Below, one piece after another: positions 42,415 to 56,500 of a stretch of DNA of 64,000 nt. The translations under genes and the position numbers were made by a program. Source of the DNA: Yuukianura sp. NJ FZ-2021 (Eukaryota); the NCBI GenBank assembly GCA_046563655.1, contig CM102290.1, positions 6,138,001 to 6,202,000 of the forward strand. The letters are read 5' to 3'. A model generated the notes under the pieces. The model worked only from the letters and a program-made list of their open reading frames with translations, searched no databases and was not told where the DNA came from. Positions within the stretch are counted from its first letter, which is position 1; every line of letters begins with the position of its first letter.

Positions 42415-43810
42415 GTCGTTTTGCGTCAAAATGGTGCTCGACATTGCCCTGGCTGCCGTATACCAACCCAAGATAAAATCCGAGACAGAGCGGTTCATCC
42501 AGACTTTTAAGTACACGCTAACCGGATTTAATTGCGATATATCCACGATAATTAAACTTGGGTTCCTGTAGTACTTTTCAGGAGGATTTCAGAAAAGTAA
42601 CTCATTTTCACCCGGCATTGCTACGCGTGGGAGTTTTTCGAATGATTTGTTTTGAAATAAATTTTCATAAAATAAAGTCACGAGATGAGGGACGACACAG
42701 CAAGTGAAAGTGGGTTCCTGTAGCCCTTTTTATGAGGATTTCAAAAATATAGTTGACTTTTACCCAGCATCGTGCCGGAATGCATTTGTTTTGAATTCTT
42801 TGTTTTGAAACATAATTTTTCATAAATAAAGGTAACAAGATGAGGGACGACACAGCAAGTGAAAGTGGGTTCCTGTAGCCCTTTTTATGAGGATTTCAAA
42901 AATATAGTTGACTTTTACCCAGCATCGTTCCGGAATGCATTTCTTTTGAATTCTTTGTTTTGAAACATGAATTTTCATAAATAAAGGTAACAAGATGAGG
43001 GACGACACAGCAAGTGAAATTGGATTCCTGTAGCACTTTTTATGAGGATTTCAAAAATGTAATTTACTTTCTGTTCATTCTCACATTTGCATGTTCATTC
43101 TCACAAATTTAAGTCGTTTTGCGTCAAAATTGTGCTCGACATTGCCCTGGGTGCCGTATACCAACCCAAGATAAAATCCGAGACAGAGCGGTTCATCCAG
43201 ACTTTTAAGTACACGCTAACCGGATTTAATTGCGATATATCCACGATAATTAAACTTGGGTTCCTGTAGTACTTTTCAGGAGGATTTCAGAAAAGTAACT
43301 CATTTTCACCCGGCATTGCTACGCGTGGGAGTTTTTCGAATGATTTGTTTTGAAATAAATTTTCATAAAATAAAGTCACGAGATGAGGGACGACACAGCA
43401 AGTGAAAGTGGGTTCCTGTAGCCCTTTTTATGAGGATTTCAAAAATATAGTTGACTTTTACCCAGCATCGTTCCGGAATGCATTTCTTTTGAATTCTTTG
43501 TTTTGAAACATGATTTTTCATAAATAAAGGTAACAAGATGACGGACGACACAGCAAGTGAAAGTGGGTTCCTGTAACACTTTTTGTGAGGATTTCAAAAA
43601 TGTAATTTACTTTCTGTTCATTCTCACATTTGCATGTTCATTCTCACAAATTTAAGTCGTTTTGCGTCAAAATGGTGCTCGACATTGCCCTGGGTGCCGT
43701 ATACCAACCCAAGATAAAATTCGACACAGAGCGGTTCATCCAGACTTTTAAGTACACGCTAACCGGATTTAATTGCGATATATCCACGATAATTAAACTT
43801 CGGTTCCTGT
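42408..43810. repeat. Satellite B, second segment (part of the duplication)
   Basis: Copy of 38523-39925. Confidence 0.95.
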
Positions 43811-44569
43811 CAGAGATGGGAATGGGACCCTGTACCCAACTGGGGCCCTGTTGCTCACCCTGTTCAACTGGGTATTGGGCGAGCGAGCAGAAAATTGAGT
43901 TGGGCGTGGGCGAGCGAGCTTTTCACTTGAGTTTAGTGCACAGGGAGGGTATTTTGAGGAAGACGAAATGGGGCCCAACTCAAATATTTTGCCCAACTGG
44001 CTGTTGATTTCTGAAATCCTATTCCAATTTCTCGGAAGGAGATTCGCGGCGCCAAGTATAAACTGTTAAAAGTTATTCACTTCTCTTCTCTGCTTGTATC
44101 TAACAGCAGATGAAGGAGTTTTTTCCACCACCGGAACCATTTAAAATGTAAAAATACATAGCTGACCGAGCGGCTCTTCATTAAGTAGTGTTACTTTCAT
44201 TCACAACAATACCTAAATATCGGATGTTCCGAAGTTAGTTCATTTCTCTGCACAAAACAAATAAACTCCAAACACTCAAAGGTAGGAGATGAAATATGCA
44301 GTGGAGCAGTTACACAGGGAGAAAAAAGATAATATTAACTTTTGGAACACCCGACAAGTAGAAACGTAAAAAATTAGTTGTTTTGTATAATATTGAATTG
44401 TACAGGGTTCAGTTGGGTGGGCGGATATTTGTTTGGCGTGACCAATTGGTCAACTGGGCGAGCGGGTTTTTGAGAAAAATAAGCCGGGCGAGCGAGCTTT
44501 CAATTTGGGTGCCCAACTCAGAAGCTGAACAGGGCGGGCGCCGAGAAACGCTGCCCATTCCCATCTCTG
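43811..44569. mobile_element. 759-bp non-autonomous DNA transposon (MITE), hAT-like
   Basis: Perfect 16-bp TIRs CAGAGATGGGAATGGG (43811-43826) and CCCATTCCCATCTCTG (44554-44569). 8-bp TSD GTTCCTGT at 43803-43810 and 44570-44577; the empty site GGGTTCCTGTAGT is present in other units. Subterminal GGGCGAGCG and CCCAACT/AGTTGGG repeats at both ends. No transposase ORF. Confidence 0.93.
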
Positions 44570-47500
44570 GTTCCTGTAGTACTTTTCAGGAGGATTTCAG
44601 AAAAGTAACTCATTTTCACACTACATTGCTACGCGTGGGAGTTTTCGAATGATTTGTTTTGAAATAAATTTTCATAAAATAAAGTCACGAGATGAGGGAC
44701 GACACAGCAAGTGAAAGTGGGTTCCTGTAGCCCTTTTTATGAGGATTTCAAAAATATAGTTGACTTTTACCCAGCATCGTGCCGGAATGCATTTCTTTTG
44801 AATTCTTTGTTTTGAAACATAATTTTTCATAAATAAAGGTAACAAGATGAGGGACGACACAGCAAGTGAAAGTGGGTTCCTGTAGCCCTTTTTATGAGGA
44901 TTTCAAAAATATAGTTGACTTTTACCCAGCATCGTTCCGGAATGCATTTCTTTTGAATTCTTTGTTTTGAAACATGAATTTTCATAAATAAAGGTAACAA
45001 GATGAGGGACGACACAGCAAGTGAAAGTGGGTTCCTGTAGCACTTTTTATGAGGATTTCAAAAATGTAATTTACTTTCTGTTCATTCTCACATTTGCATG
45101 TTCATTCTCACAAATTAAAGTCGTTTTGCGTCAAAATGGTGCTCGACATTGCCCTGGGTGCCGTATACCAACCCAAGATAAAATCCGAGACAGAGCGGTT
45201 CATCCAGACTTTTAAGTACACGCTAACCGGATTTAATTGCGATATATCCACGATAATTAAACTTGGGTTCCTGTAGTACTTTTCAGGAGGATTTCAGAAA
45301 AGTAACTCATTTTCACCCGGCATTGCTACGCGTGGGAGTTTTTCGAATGATTTGTTTTGAAATAAATTTTCATAAAATAAAGTCACGAGATGAGGGACGA
45401 CACAGCAAGTGAAAGTGGGTTCCTGTAGCCCTTTTTATGAGGATTTCAAAAATATAGTTGACTTTTACCCAGCATCGTTCCGGAATGCATTTCTTTTGAA
45501 TTCTTTGTTTTGAAACATGAATTTTCATAAATAAAGGTAACAAGATGAGGGACGACACAGCAAGTGAAAGTGGGTTCCTGTAGCACTTTTTATGAGGATT
45601 TCAAAAATGTAATTTATTTTCTGTTCATTCTCACATTTGCATGTTCATTCTCACAAATTTAAGTCGTTTTGCGTCAAAATGGTGCTCGACATTGCCCTCG
45701 GTGCCGTATACCAACACAAGATAAAATCCGAGACAGAGCGGTTCATCCAGACTTTTAAGTACACGCTAACCGGATTTAATTGTGATATATCCACGATAAT
45801 TAAACTTGGGTTCCTGTAGTACTTTTCAGGAGGATTTCAGAAAAGTAACTCATTTTCACCCGGCATTGCTACGCGTGGGAGTTTTTCGAATGATTTGTTT
45901 TGAAATAAATTTTCATAAAATAAAGTCACGAGATGAGGGACGACACAGCAAGTGAAAGTGGGTTCCTGTAGCCCTTTTTATGAGGATTTCAAAAATATAG
46001 TTGACTTTTACCCAGCATCGTTCCGGAATGCATTTCTTTTGAATTCTTTGTTTTGAAACATGAATTTTCATAAATAAAGGTAACAAGATGAGGGACGACA
46101 CAGCAAGTGAAAGTGGGTTCCTGTAGCACTTTTTATGAGGATTTCAAAAATGTAATTTATTTTCTGTTCATTCTCACATTTGCATGTTCATTCTCACAAA
46201 TTTAAGTCGTTTTGCGTCAAAATGGTGCTCGACATTGCCCTCGGTGCCGTATACCAACACAAGATAAAATCCGAGACAGAGCGGTTCATCCAGACTTTTA
46301 AGTACACGCTAACCGGATTTAATTGTGATATATCCACGATAATTAAACTTGGGTTCCTGTAGTACTTTTCAGGAGGATTTCAGAAAAGTAACTCATTTTC
46401 ACCCGGCATTGCTACGCGTGGGAGTTTTTCGAATGATTTGTATTGAAATAAATTTTCATAAAATAAAGTCACGAGATGAGGGACGCCACAGCAAGTGAAA
46501 GTGGGTTCCTGTAGCCCTTTTTATGAGGATTTCAAACATATAGTTGATTTTTACCCAGCATCGTGCCGGAATGCATTTGTTTTGAATTCTTTGTTTTGAA
46601 ACATAATTTTTCATAAATAAAGGTAACAAGATGAGGGACGACAAAGCAAGTGAAAGTGGGTTCCTGTAGCCCTTTTAGTCTTCTGGAGACGCACGTCTAC
46701 GACGTGCTGAAGAAGACTATTGATACGACTTTGTCTGTCTGTCTGTCACGTTTTGTAGGACTCATTGCACTGAAACATTAGCCCCATCGCAGTCGGGGGG
46801 TTATGTATGGCTCAAGAGTTTTCAGTAGGTCTACATTGCACTCAAAGTGTTAAATTAACAACGTAAAAGTTGGCGGCTACTTTACGTACCCGCAGTATCG
46901 TGGCTCCGCAAAACAGTTTTGGTCTCGATTGTACTCAAAATATATTTAAACAACGAAGTTTTGATCTGGTCATTTTCTGACAGTTAGTTTAATTACGTTA
47001 TTAAATTTAGCCTAGTTAGAGGGTAGAAATTACGGCTTGAATTCGTAATACGTAAACGGTGCTTGGCAGGGTTCTAATTTGCCTTCGTGAGAAATTTTTA
47101 ATTTTGAATTTAAACAAGCGATATTCGGCTGAATAGCTTAGGCACTTTAATTTAACACATTGTGCATTTTCATTAACCGATTTCGATTTAAAAGAAGTTA
47201 TATTCGACCCATCCTCCTCAGCGTTCAATTTTGTGCATCATGCACAAAGCTCAACTTCGATATAATTATTTTGATGCCGTTTGGTGTACACTTTTTTCGC
47301 TAGTAGTACATTGCCATGGCAACAGCGATTTTGCAGAATTGTGCATCTTACTCAGCAAATTAAGAGCATCAATCAAGAACCATACTCGACTCCTTCTCTT
47401 AAACGTTCAATTTTGTGCATTTGGTGCACAACAAATTAACAGCATCAATTCAGTGCAGATGTTTTCGGTCTCAAAACTTTAACATGATTTTGGTACAATT

Positions 47501-50500
47501 AAACAGTAAAATTATCAACGTAGTTTTGATAGACCTTCATATCCGCGCTGAAAATTATTAGCGCTGTTTAGAAGAATGTCATTAAAACGGTTTCTTATGG
47601 TAATTGTTGAACGGTTTTGAGCCGACCGGGTTGAGTCATATCAATTGTCTACTCCTCCAGAAGACCTATGCTCAACCCTTGAGCATTGCCCTACCTTGTT
47701 TATGAGGATTTCAAAAATATAGTTGATTTTTACCCAGCATCGTGCCGGAATGCATTTCTTTTGAATTCTTTGTTTTGAAACATAATTTTTCATAAATAAA
47801 GGTAACAAGATGAGGGACGACACAGCAAGTGAAAGTGGGTTCCTGTAGCACTTTTTATGAGGATTTCAAAAATGTAATTTACTTTCTGTTCATTCTCACA
47901 TTTGCATGTTCATTCTCACAAATTTAAGTCGTTTTGCGTCAAAATGGTGCTCGACATTGCCCTGGGTGCCGTATACCAACCCAAGATAAAATCCTAGACA
48001 GAGCGGTTCATCCAGACTTTTAAGTACACGCTAACCGGATTTAATTGCGATATATCCACGATAATTAAACTTGGGTTCCTGTAGTACTTTTCAGGAGGAT
48101 TTCAGAAAAGTAACTCATTTTCACCCGGCATTGCTACGCGTGGGAGTTTTTCGAATGATTTGTTTTGAAATAAATTTTCATAAAATAAAGTCACGAGATG
48201 AGGGACGACACAGCAAGTGAAAGTGGGTTCCTGTAGCCCTTTTTATGAGGATTTCAAATATATAGTTGACTTTTACCCAGCATCGTTCCGGAATGCATTT
48301 CTTTTGAATTCTTTGTTTTGAAACATGAATTTTCATAAATAAAGGTAACAAGATGAGGGACGACACAGCAAGTGAAAGTGGGTTCCTGTAGCACTTTTTA
48401 TGAGGATTTCAAAAATGTAATTTATTTTCTGTTCATTCTCACATTTGCATGTTCATTCTCACAAATTTAAGTCGTTTTGCGTCAAAATGGTGCTCGACAT
48501 TGCCCTGGGTGCCGTATACCAACCCAAGATAAAATCCGAGACAGAGCGGTTCATCCAGACTTTTAAGTACACGCTAACCGGATTTAATTGCGATATATCC
48601 ACGATAATTAAACTTGGGTTCCTGTAGTACTTTTCAGGAGGATTTCAGAAAAGTAACTCATTTTCACCAGGCATTGCTACGCGTGGGAGTTTTTCGAATG
48701 ATTTGTTTTGAAATAAATTTTCATAAAATAAAGTCACGAGATGAGGGACGACACAGCAAGTGAAAGTGGGTTCCTGTAGCCCTTTTTATGAGGATTTCAA
48801 AAATATAGTGGACTTTTACCCAGCATCGTTCCGGAATGCATTTCTTTTGAATTCTTTGTTTTGAAACATGAATTTTCATAAATAAAGGTAACAAGATGAG
48901 GGACGACACAGCAAGTGAAAGTGGGTTCCTGTAGCACTTTTTATGAGGATTTCAAAAATGTAATTTACTTTCTGTTCATTCTCACATTTGCATGTTCATT
49001 CTCACAAATTTAAGTCGTTTTGCGTCAAAATGGTGCTCGACATTGCCCTGGGTGCCGTATACCAACCCAACATAAAATCCGACACAGAGCGGTTCATCCA
49101 GACTTTTAAGTACACGCTAACCGGATTTAATTGCGATATATCCACGATAATTAAACTTGGGTTCCTGTAGTACTTTTCAGGAGGATTTCAGAAAAGTAAC
49201 TCATTTTCACACTGCATTGTTACGCGTGGGAGTTTTCGAATGATTTGTTTTGAAATAAATTTTCATAAAATAAAGTCACGAGATGAGGGACGACACAGCA
49301 AGTGAAAGTGGGTTCCTGTAGCCCTTTTTATGAGGATTTCAAAAATATAGTTGATTTTTACCCAGCATCGTGCCGGAATGCATTTCTTTTGAATTCTTTG
49401 TTTTGAAACATAATTTTTCATAAATAAAGGTAACAAGATGAGGGACGACACAGCAAGTGAAAGTGGGTTCCTGTAGCCCTTTTTATGAGGATTTCAAAAA
49501 TATAGTGGACTTTTACCCAGCACCGTTCCGGAATGCATTTCTTTTGAATTCTTTGTTTTGAAACATGAATTTTCATAAATAAAGGTAACAAGATGAGGGA
49601 CGACACAGCAAGTGAAAGTGGGTTCCTGTAGCACTTTTTATGAGGATTTCAAAAATGTAATTTACTTTCTGTTCATTCTCACATTTGCATGTTGATTCTC
49701 ACAAATTTAAGTCGTTTTGCGTCAAAATGGTGCTCGACATTGCCCTGGGTGCCGTATACCAACCCAAGATAAAATCCGAGACAGAGCGGTTCATCCAGAC
49801 TTTTAAGTACACGCTAACCGGATTTAATTGCGATATATCCACGATAATTAAACTTGGGTTCCTGTAGTACTTTTCAGGAGGTTTCAGAAAAGTAACTCAT
49901 TTTCACCCGGCATTGCTACGCGTGGGAGTTTTTCGAATGATTTGTTTTGAAATAAATTTTCATAAAATAAAGTCACGAGATGAGGGACGACACAGCAAGT
50001 GAAAGTGGGTTCCTGTAGCCCTTTTTATGAGGATTTCAAAAATATAGTTGACTTTTACCCAGCATCGTTCCGGAATGCATTTCTTTTGAATTCTTTGTTT
50101 TGAAACATGAATTTTCATAAATAAAGGTAACAAGATGACTGACGACACAGCAACTGAAAGTGGGTTCCTGTAGCACTTTTTATGAGGATTTCAAAAATGT
50201 AATTTACTTTCTGTTCATTCTCACATTTGCATTTTCATTCTCACAAATTTAAGTCGTTTTGCGTCAAAATGGTGCTCGACATTGCCCTGGGTGCCGTATA
50301 CCAACCCAAGATAAAATCCGAGACAGAGCTGTTCATCCAGACTTTTAAGTACACGCTAACCGGATTTAATTGCGATATATCCACGATAATTAAACTTGGG
50401 TTCCTGTAGTACTTTTCAGGAGGATTTCAGAAAAGTAACTCATTTTCACACTGCATTGTTACGCGTGGGAGTTTTCGAATGATTTGTTTTGAAATAAATT

Positions 50501-53500
50501 TTCATAAAATAAAGTCACGAGATGAGGGACGACACAGCAAGTGAAAGTGGGTTCCTGTAGCCCTTTTTATGAGGATTTCAAAAATATAGTTGATTTTTAC
50601 CCAGCATCGTGCCGGAATGCATTTCTTTTGAATTCTTTGTTTTGAAACATAATTTTTCATAAATAAAGGTAACAAGATGAGGGACGACACAGCAAGTGAA
50701 AGTGGGTTCCTGTAGCACTTTTTATGAGGATTTCAAAAATATAGTGGACTTTTACCCAGCACCGTTCCGGAATGCATTTCTTTTGAATTCTTTGTTTTGA
50801 AACATGAATTTTCATAAATAAAGGTAACAAGATGAGGGACGACACAGCAAGTGAAAGTGGGTTCCTGTAGCACTTTTTATGAGGATTTCAAAAATGTAAT
50901 TTACTTTCTGTTCATTCTCACATTTGCATGTTCATTCTCACAAATTTAAGTCGTTTTGCGTCAAAATGGTGCTCGACATTGCCCTGGGTGCCGTATACCA
51001 ACCCAAGATAAAATCCGAGACAGAGCGGTTCATCCAGACTTTTAAGTACACGCTAACCGGATTTAATTGCGATATATCCACGATAATTAAACTTGGGTTC
51101 CTGTAGTACTTTTCAGGAGGTTTCAGAAAAGTAACTCATTTTCACCCGGCATTGCTACGCGTGGGAGTTTTTCGAATGATTTGTTTTGAAATAAATTTTC
51201 ATAAAATAAAGTCACGAGATGAGGGACGACACAGCAAGTGAAAGTGGGTTCCTGTAGCCCTTTTTATGAGGATTTCAAAAATATAGTTGACTTTTACCCA
51301 GCATCGTTCCGGGATGCATTTCTTTTGAATTCTTTGTTTTGAAACATGAATTTTCATAAATAAAGGTAACAAGATGACTGACGACACAGCAACTGAAAGT
51401 GGGTTCCTGTAGCACTTTTTATGAGGATTTCAAAAATGTAATTTACTTTCTGTTCATTCTCACATTTGCATTTTCATTCTCACAAATTTAAGTCGTTTTG
51501 CGTCAAAATGGTGCTCGACATTGCCCTGGGTGCCGTATACCAACCCAAGATAAAATCCGAGACAGAGCTGTTCATCCAGACTTTTAAGTACACGCTAACC
51601 GGATTTAATTGCGATATATCCACGATAATTAAACTTGGGTTCTTGTAGTACTTTTCAGGAGGTTTCAGAAAAGTAACTCATTTTCACCCGGCATTGCTAC
51701 GCGTGGGAGTTTTTCGAATGATTTGTTTTGAAATAAATTTTCATAAAATAAAGTCACGAGATGAGGGACGACACAGCAAGTGAAAGTGGGTTCCTGTAGC
51801 CTTTTTTATGAGGATTTCAAAAATGTAGCTGACTTTTATTCAGCACCGTTCCGGAATGCATTTCTTTTGAGTTCTTTGTTTTGAAACATGAATTTTCATA
51901 AATAAAGGTAACAAGATAAGGGACAACACAGCAAGTGAAAGTGGGTTCCTGTAGCACTTTTTATGAGGATTTCAAAAATGTAATTTACTTTCTGTTCATT
52001 CTCACATTTGCATGTTCATTCTCACAAATTTAAGTCGTTTTGCGTCAAAATGGTGCTCGACATTGCCCTGGGTGCCGTATACCAACCCAAGATAAAATCC
52101 GAGACAGAGCGGTTCATCCAGACTTTTAAGTACACGCTAACCGGATTTAATTGCGATATATCCACGATAATTAAACTTGGGTTCCTGTAGTACTTTTCAG
52201 GAGGTTTCAGAAAAGTAACTCATTTTCACCCGGCATTGCTACGCGTGGGAGTTTTTCGAATGATTTGTTTTGAAATAAATTTTCATAAAATAAAGTCACG
52301 AGATGAGGGACGACACAGCAAGTGAAAGTGGGTTCCTGTAGCCCTTTTTATGAGGATTTCAAAAATATAGTTGACTTTTACCCAGCATCGTTCCGGGATG
52401 CATTTCTTTTGAATTCTTTGTTTTGAAACATGAATTTTCATAAATAAAGGTAACAAGATGACTGACGACACAGCAACTGAAAGTGGGTTCCTGTAGCACT
52501 TTTTATGAGGATTTCAAAAATGTAATTTACTTTCTGTTCATTCTCACATTTGCATTTTCATTCTCACAAATTTAAGTCGTTTTGCGTCAAAATGGTGCTC
52601 GACATTGCCCTGGGTGCCGTATACCAACCCAAGATAAAATCCGAGACAGAGCTGTTCATCCAGACTTTTAAGTACACGCTAACCGGATTTAATTGCGATA
52701 TATCCACGATAATTAAACTTGGGTTCTTGTAGTACTTTTCAGGAGGTTTCAGAAAAGTAACTCATTTTCACCCGGCATTGCTACGCGTGGGAGTTTTTCG
52801 AATGATTTGTTTTGAAATAAATTTTCATAAAATAAAGTCACGAGATGAGGGACGACACAGCAAGTGAAAGTGGGTTCCTGTAGCCCTTTTTAAGAGGATT
52901 TCAAAAATATAGTTGACTTTTACCCAGCATCGTTCCGGAATGCATTTCTTTTGAATTCTTTGTTTTGAAACATCAATTTTCATAAATAAAGGTAACAAGA
53001 TGACTGACGACACAGCAACTGAAAGTGGGTTCCTGTAGCACTTTTTATGAGGATTTCAAAAATGTAATTTACTTTCTGTTCATTTTCACATTTGCATTTT
53101 CATTCTCACAAATTTAAGTCGTTTTGCGTCAAAATGGTGCTCGACATTGCCCTGGGTGCCGTATACCAACCCAACATAAAATCCGAGACAGAGCGGTTCA
53201 TCCAGACTTTTAAGTACACGCTAACCGGATTTAATTGCGATATATCCACGATAATTAAACTTGGGTTCCTGTAGTACTTTTCATGAGGATTTCAGAAAAG
53301 TAACTCATTTTCACGCGGCATCGCTACGCGTGGAAGTTTTTCGAATGATTTGTTTTGAAACAAATTTTCCTAAAATAAAGTCACGAGATGAGGGACGACA
53401 CAGCAAGTGAAAGTGGGATCCTGTAGCCCTTTTTATGAGGATTTCAAAAATATAGTGGACTTTTACCCAGCATCGTGCCGGAATGCATTTCTTTTGAATT

Positions 53501-56500
53501 CTTTGTTTTGAAACATAAATTTTCATAAATAAAGGTAACAAGATGAGGGACCACACAGCAAGTGAAAGTGGGTTCCTGTAGCACTTTTTATGATGATTTC
53601 AAAAATGTAATTTACTTTCTGTTCATTCTCACATTTGCATGTTCATTCTCACAAACTTAAGTCGTTTTGCGTCAAAATGGTGCTCGACATTGCCCTGGGT
53701 GCCGTATACCAACCCAAGATAAAATCCGAGACAGAGCGGTTCATCCAGACTTTTAAGTACACGCTAACCGGATTTAATTGCGATATATCCACGATAATTA
53801 AACTTGGGTTCCTGTAGTACTTTTCATGAGGATTTCAGAAAAGTAACTCATTTTCACGCGGCATCGCTACGCGTGGAAGTTTTTCGAATGATTTGTTTTG
53901 AAACAAATTTTCATAAAATAGAGTCACGAGATGAGGGACGACACAGCAAGTGAAAGTGGGATCCTGTAGCCCTTTTTATGAGGATTTCAAAAATATAGTG
54001 GACTTTTACCCAGCATCGTGCCGGAATGCATTTCTTTTGAATTCTTTGTTTTGAAACATAAATTTTCATAAATAAAGGTAACAAGATGAGGGACGACACA
54101 GCAAGTGAAAGTGGGTTCCTGTAGCACTTTTTATGAGGATTTCAAAAATGTAATTTACTTTCTGTTCATTCTCACATTTGCATGTTCATTCTCACAAATT
54201 TAAGTCGTTTTGCGTCAAAATGGTGCTCGACATTGCCCTGGGTGCCGTATACCAACCCAACATAAAATCCGAGACAGAGCGGTTCATCCAGACTTTTAAG
54301 TACACGCTAACCGGATTTAATTGCGATATATCCGCGATAATTAAACTTGGGTTCCTGTAGTACTTTTCATGAGGATTTCAGAAAAGTAACTCATTTTCAC
54401 GCGGCATCGTTACGCGTGGAAGTTTTTCGAATGATTTGTTTTGAAACAAATTTTCCTAAAATAAAGTCACGAGATGAGGGACGACACAGCAAGTGAAAGT
54501 GGGTTCCTGTAGCCCTTTTTATGGGGATTTCAAAAATATAGTGGACTTTTACCCAGCATCGTGCCGGAATGCATTTCTTTAGAATTCTTTGTTTTGAAAC
54601 ATAAACTTTCATAAATAAAGGTAACAAGATGAGGGACGACACAGCAAGTGAAATTGGGTTCCTGTAGCACTTTTTATGAGGATTTCAAAAATGTAATTTA
54701 CTTTCTGTTCATTCTCACATTTGCATGTTCATTCTCACAAATTTAAGTCGTTTTGCGTCAAAATGGTGCTCGACATTGCCCTGGGTGCCGTATACCAACC
54801 CAACATAAAATCCGAGACATGGCGGTTCATCCAGACTTTTAAGTACACGCTAACCGGATTTAATTGCGATATATCCACGATAATTAAACTTGGGTTCCTG
54901 TAGTACTTTTCAGGAGGTTTCAGAAAAGTAACTCATTTTCACCCGGCATTGCTACGCGTGGGAGTTTTTCGAATGATTTGTTTTGAAATAAATTTTCATA
55001 AAATAAAGTCACGAGATGAGGGACGACACAGCAAGTGAAAGTGGGTTCCTGTAGCCCTTTTTAAGAGGATTTCAAAAATATAGTTGACTTTTACCCAGCA
55101 TCGTTCCGGAATGCATTTCTTTTGAATTCTTTGTTTTGAAACATCAATTTTCATAAATAAAGGTAACAAGATGACTGACGACACAGCAACTGAAAGTGGG
55201 TTCCTGTAGCACTTTTTATGAGGATTTCAAAAATGTAATTTACTTTCTGTTCATTTTCACATTTGCATTTTCATTCTCACAAATTTAAGTCGTTTTGCGT
55301 CAAAATGGTGCTCGACATTGCCCTGGGTGCCGTATACCAACCCAACATAAAATCCGAGACAGAGCGGTTCATCCAGACTTTTAAGTACACGCTAACCGGA
55401 TTTAATTGCGATATATCCACGATAATTAAACTTGGGTTCCTGTAGTACTTTTCATGAGGATTTCAGAAAAGTAACTCATTTTCACGCGGCATCGCTACGC
55501 GTGGAAGTTTTTCGAATGATTTGTTTTGAAACAAATTTTCCTAAAATAAAGTCACGAGATGAGGGACGACACAGCAAGTGAAAGTGGGATCCTGTAGCCC
55601 TTTTTATGAGGATTTCAAAAATATAGTGGACTTTTACCCAGCATCGTGCCGGAATGCATTTCTTTTGAATTCTTTGTTTTGAAACATAAATTTTCATAAA
55701 TAAAGGTAACAAGATGAGGGACCACACAGCAAGTGAAAGTGGGTTCCTGTAGCACTTTTTATGATGATTTCAAAAATGTAATTTACTTTCTGTTCATTCT
55801 CACATTTGCATGTTCATTCTCACAAACTTTAAGTCGTTTTGCGTCAAAATGGTGCTCGACATTGCCCTGGGTGCCGTATACCAACCCAAGATAAAATCCG
55901 AGACAGAGCGGTTCATCCAGACTTTTAAGTACACGCTAACCGGATTTAATTGCGATATATCCACGATAATTAAACTTGGGTTCCTGTAGTACTTTTCATG
56001 AGGATTTCAGAAAAGTAACTCATTTTCACGCGGCATCGCTACGCGTGGAAGTTTTTCGAATGATTTGTTTTGAAACAAATTTTCATAAAATAGAGTCACG
56101 AGATGAGGGACGACACAGCAAGTGAAAGTGGGATCCTGTAGCCCTTTTTATGAGGATTTCAAAAATATAGTGGACTTTTACCCAGCATCGTGCCGGAATG
56201 CATTTCTTTTGAATTCTTTGTTTTGAAACATAAATTTTCATAAATAAAGGTAACAAGATGAGGGACGACACAGCAAGTGAAAGTGGGTTCCTGTAGCACT
56301 TTTTATGATGATTTCAAAAATGTAATTTACTTTCTGTTCATTCTCACATTTGCATGTTCATTCTCACAAACTTAAGTCGTTTTGCGTCAAAATGGTGCTC
56401 GACATTGCCCTGGGTGCCGTATACCAACCCAAGATAAAATCCGAGACAGAGCGGTTCATCCAGACTTTTAAGTACACGCTAACCGGATTTAATTGCGATA

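Larger units (their letters stand above)
40478..44307 (+). repeat. Tandem segmental duplicate of 36597-40421 (helicase half + satellite B + MITE left part)
   Basis: Constant offset of 3884-3885 bp (37473/41358, 39926/43811), with only scattered substitutions and small indels. Confidence 0.96.

Noticed and set aside
39926..44569. A 4.6-kb hAT element that captured a helicase (outer TIRs plus matching GTTCCTGT flanks)
   Set aside because: Better explained by a tandem duplication breaking within a 759-bp MITE. The outer ends could nonetheless in principle be mobilised together.
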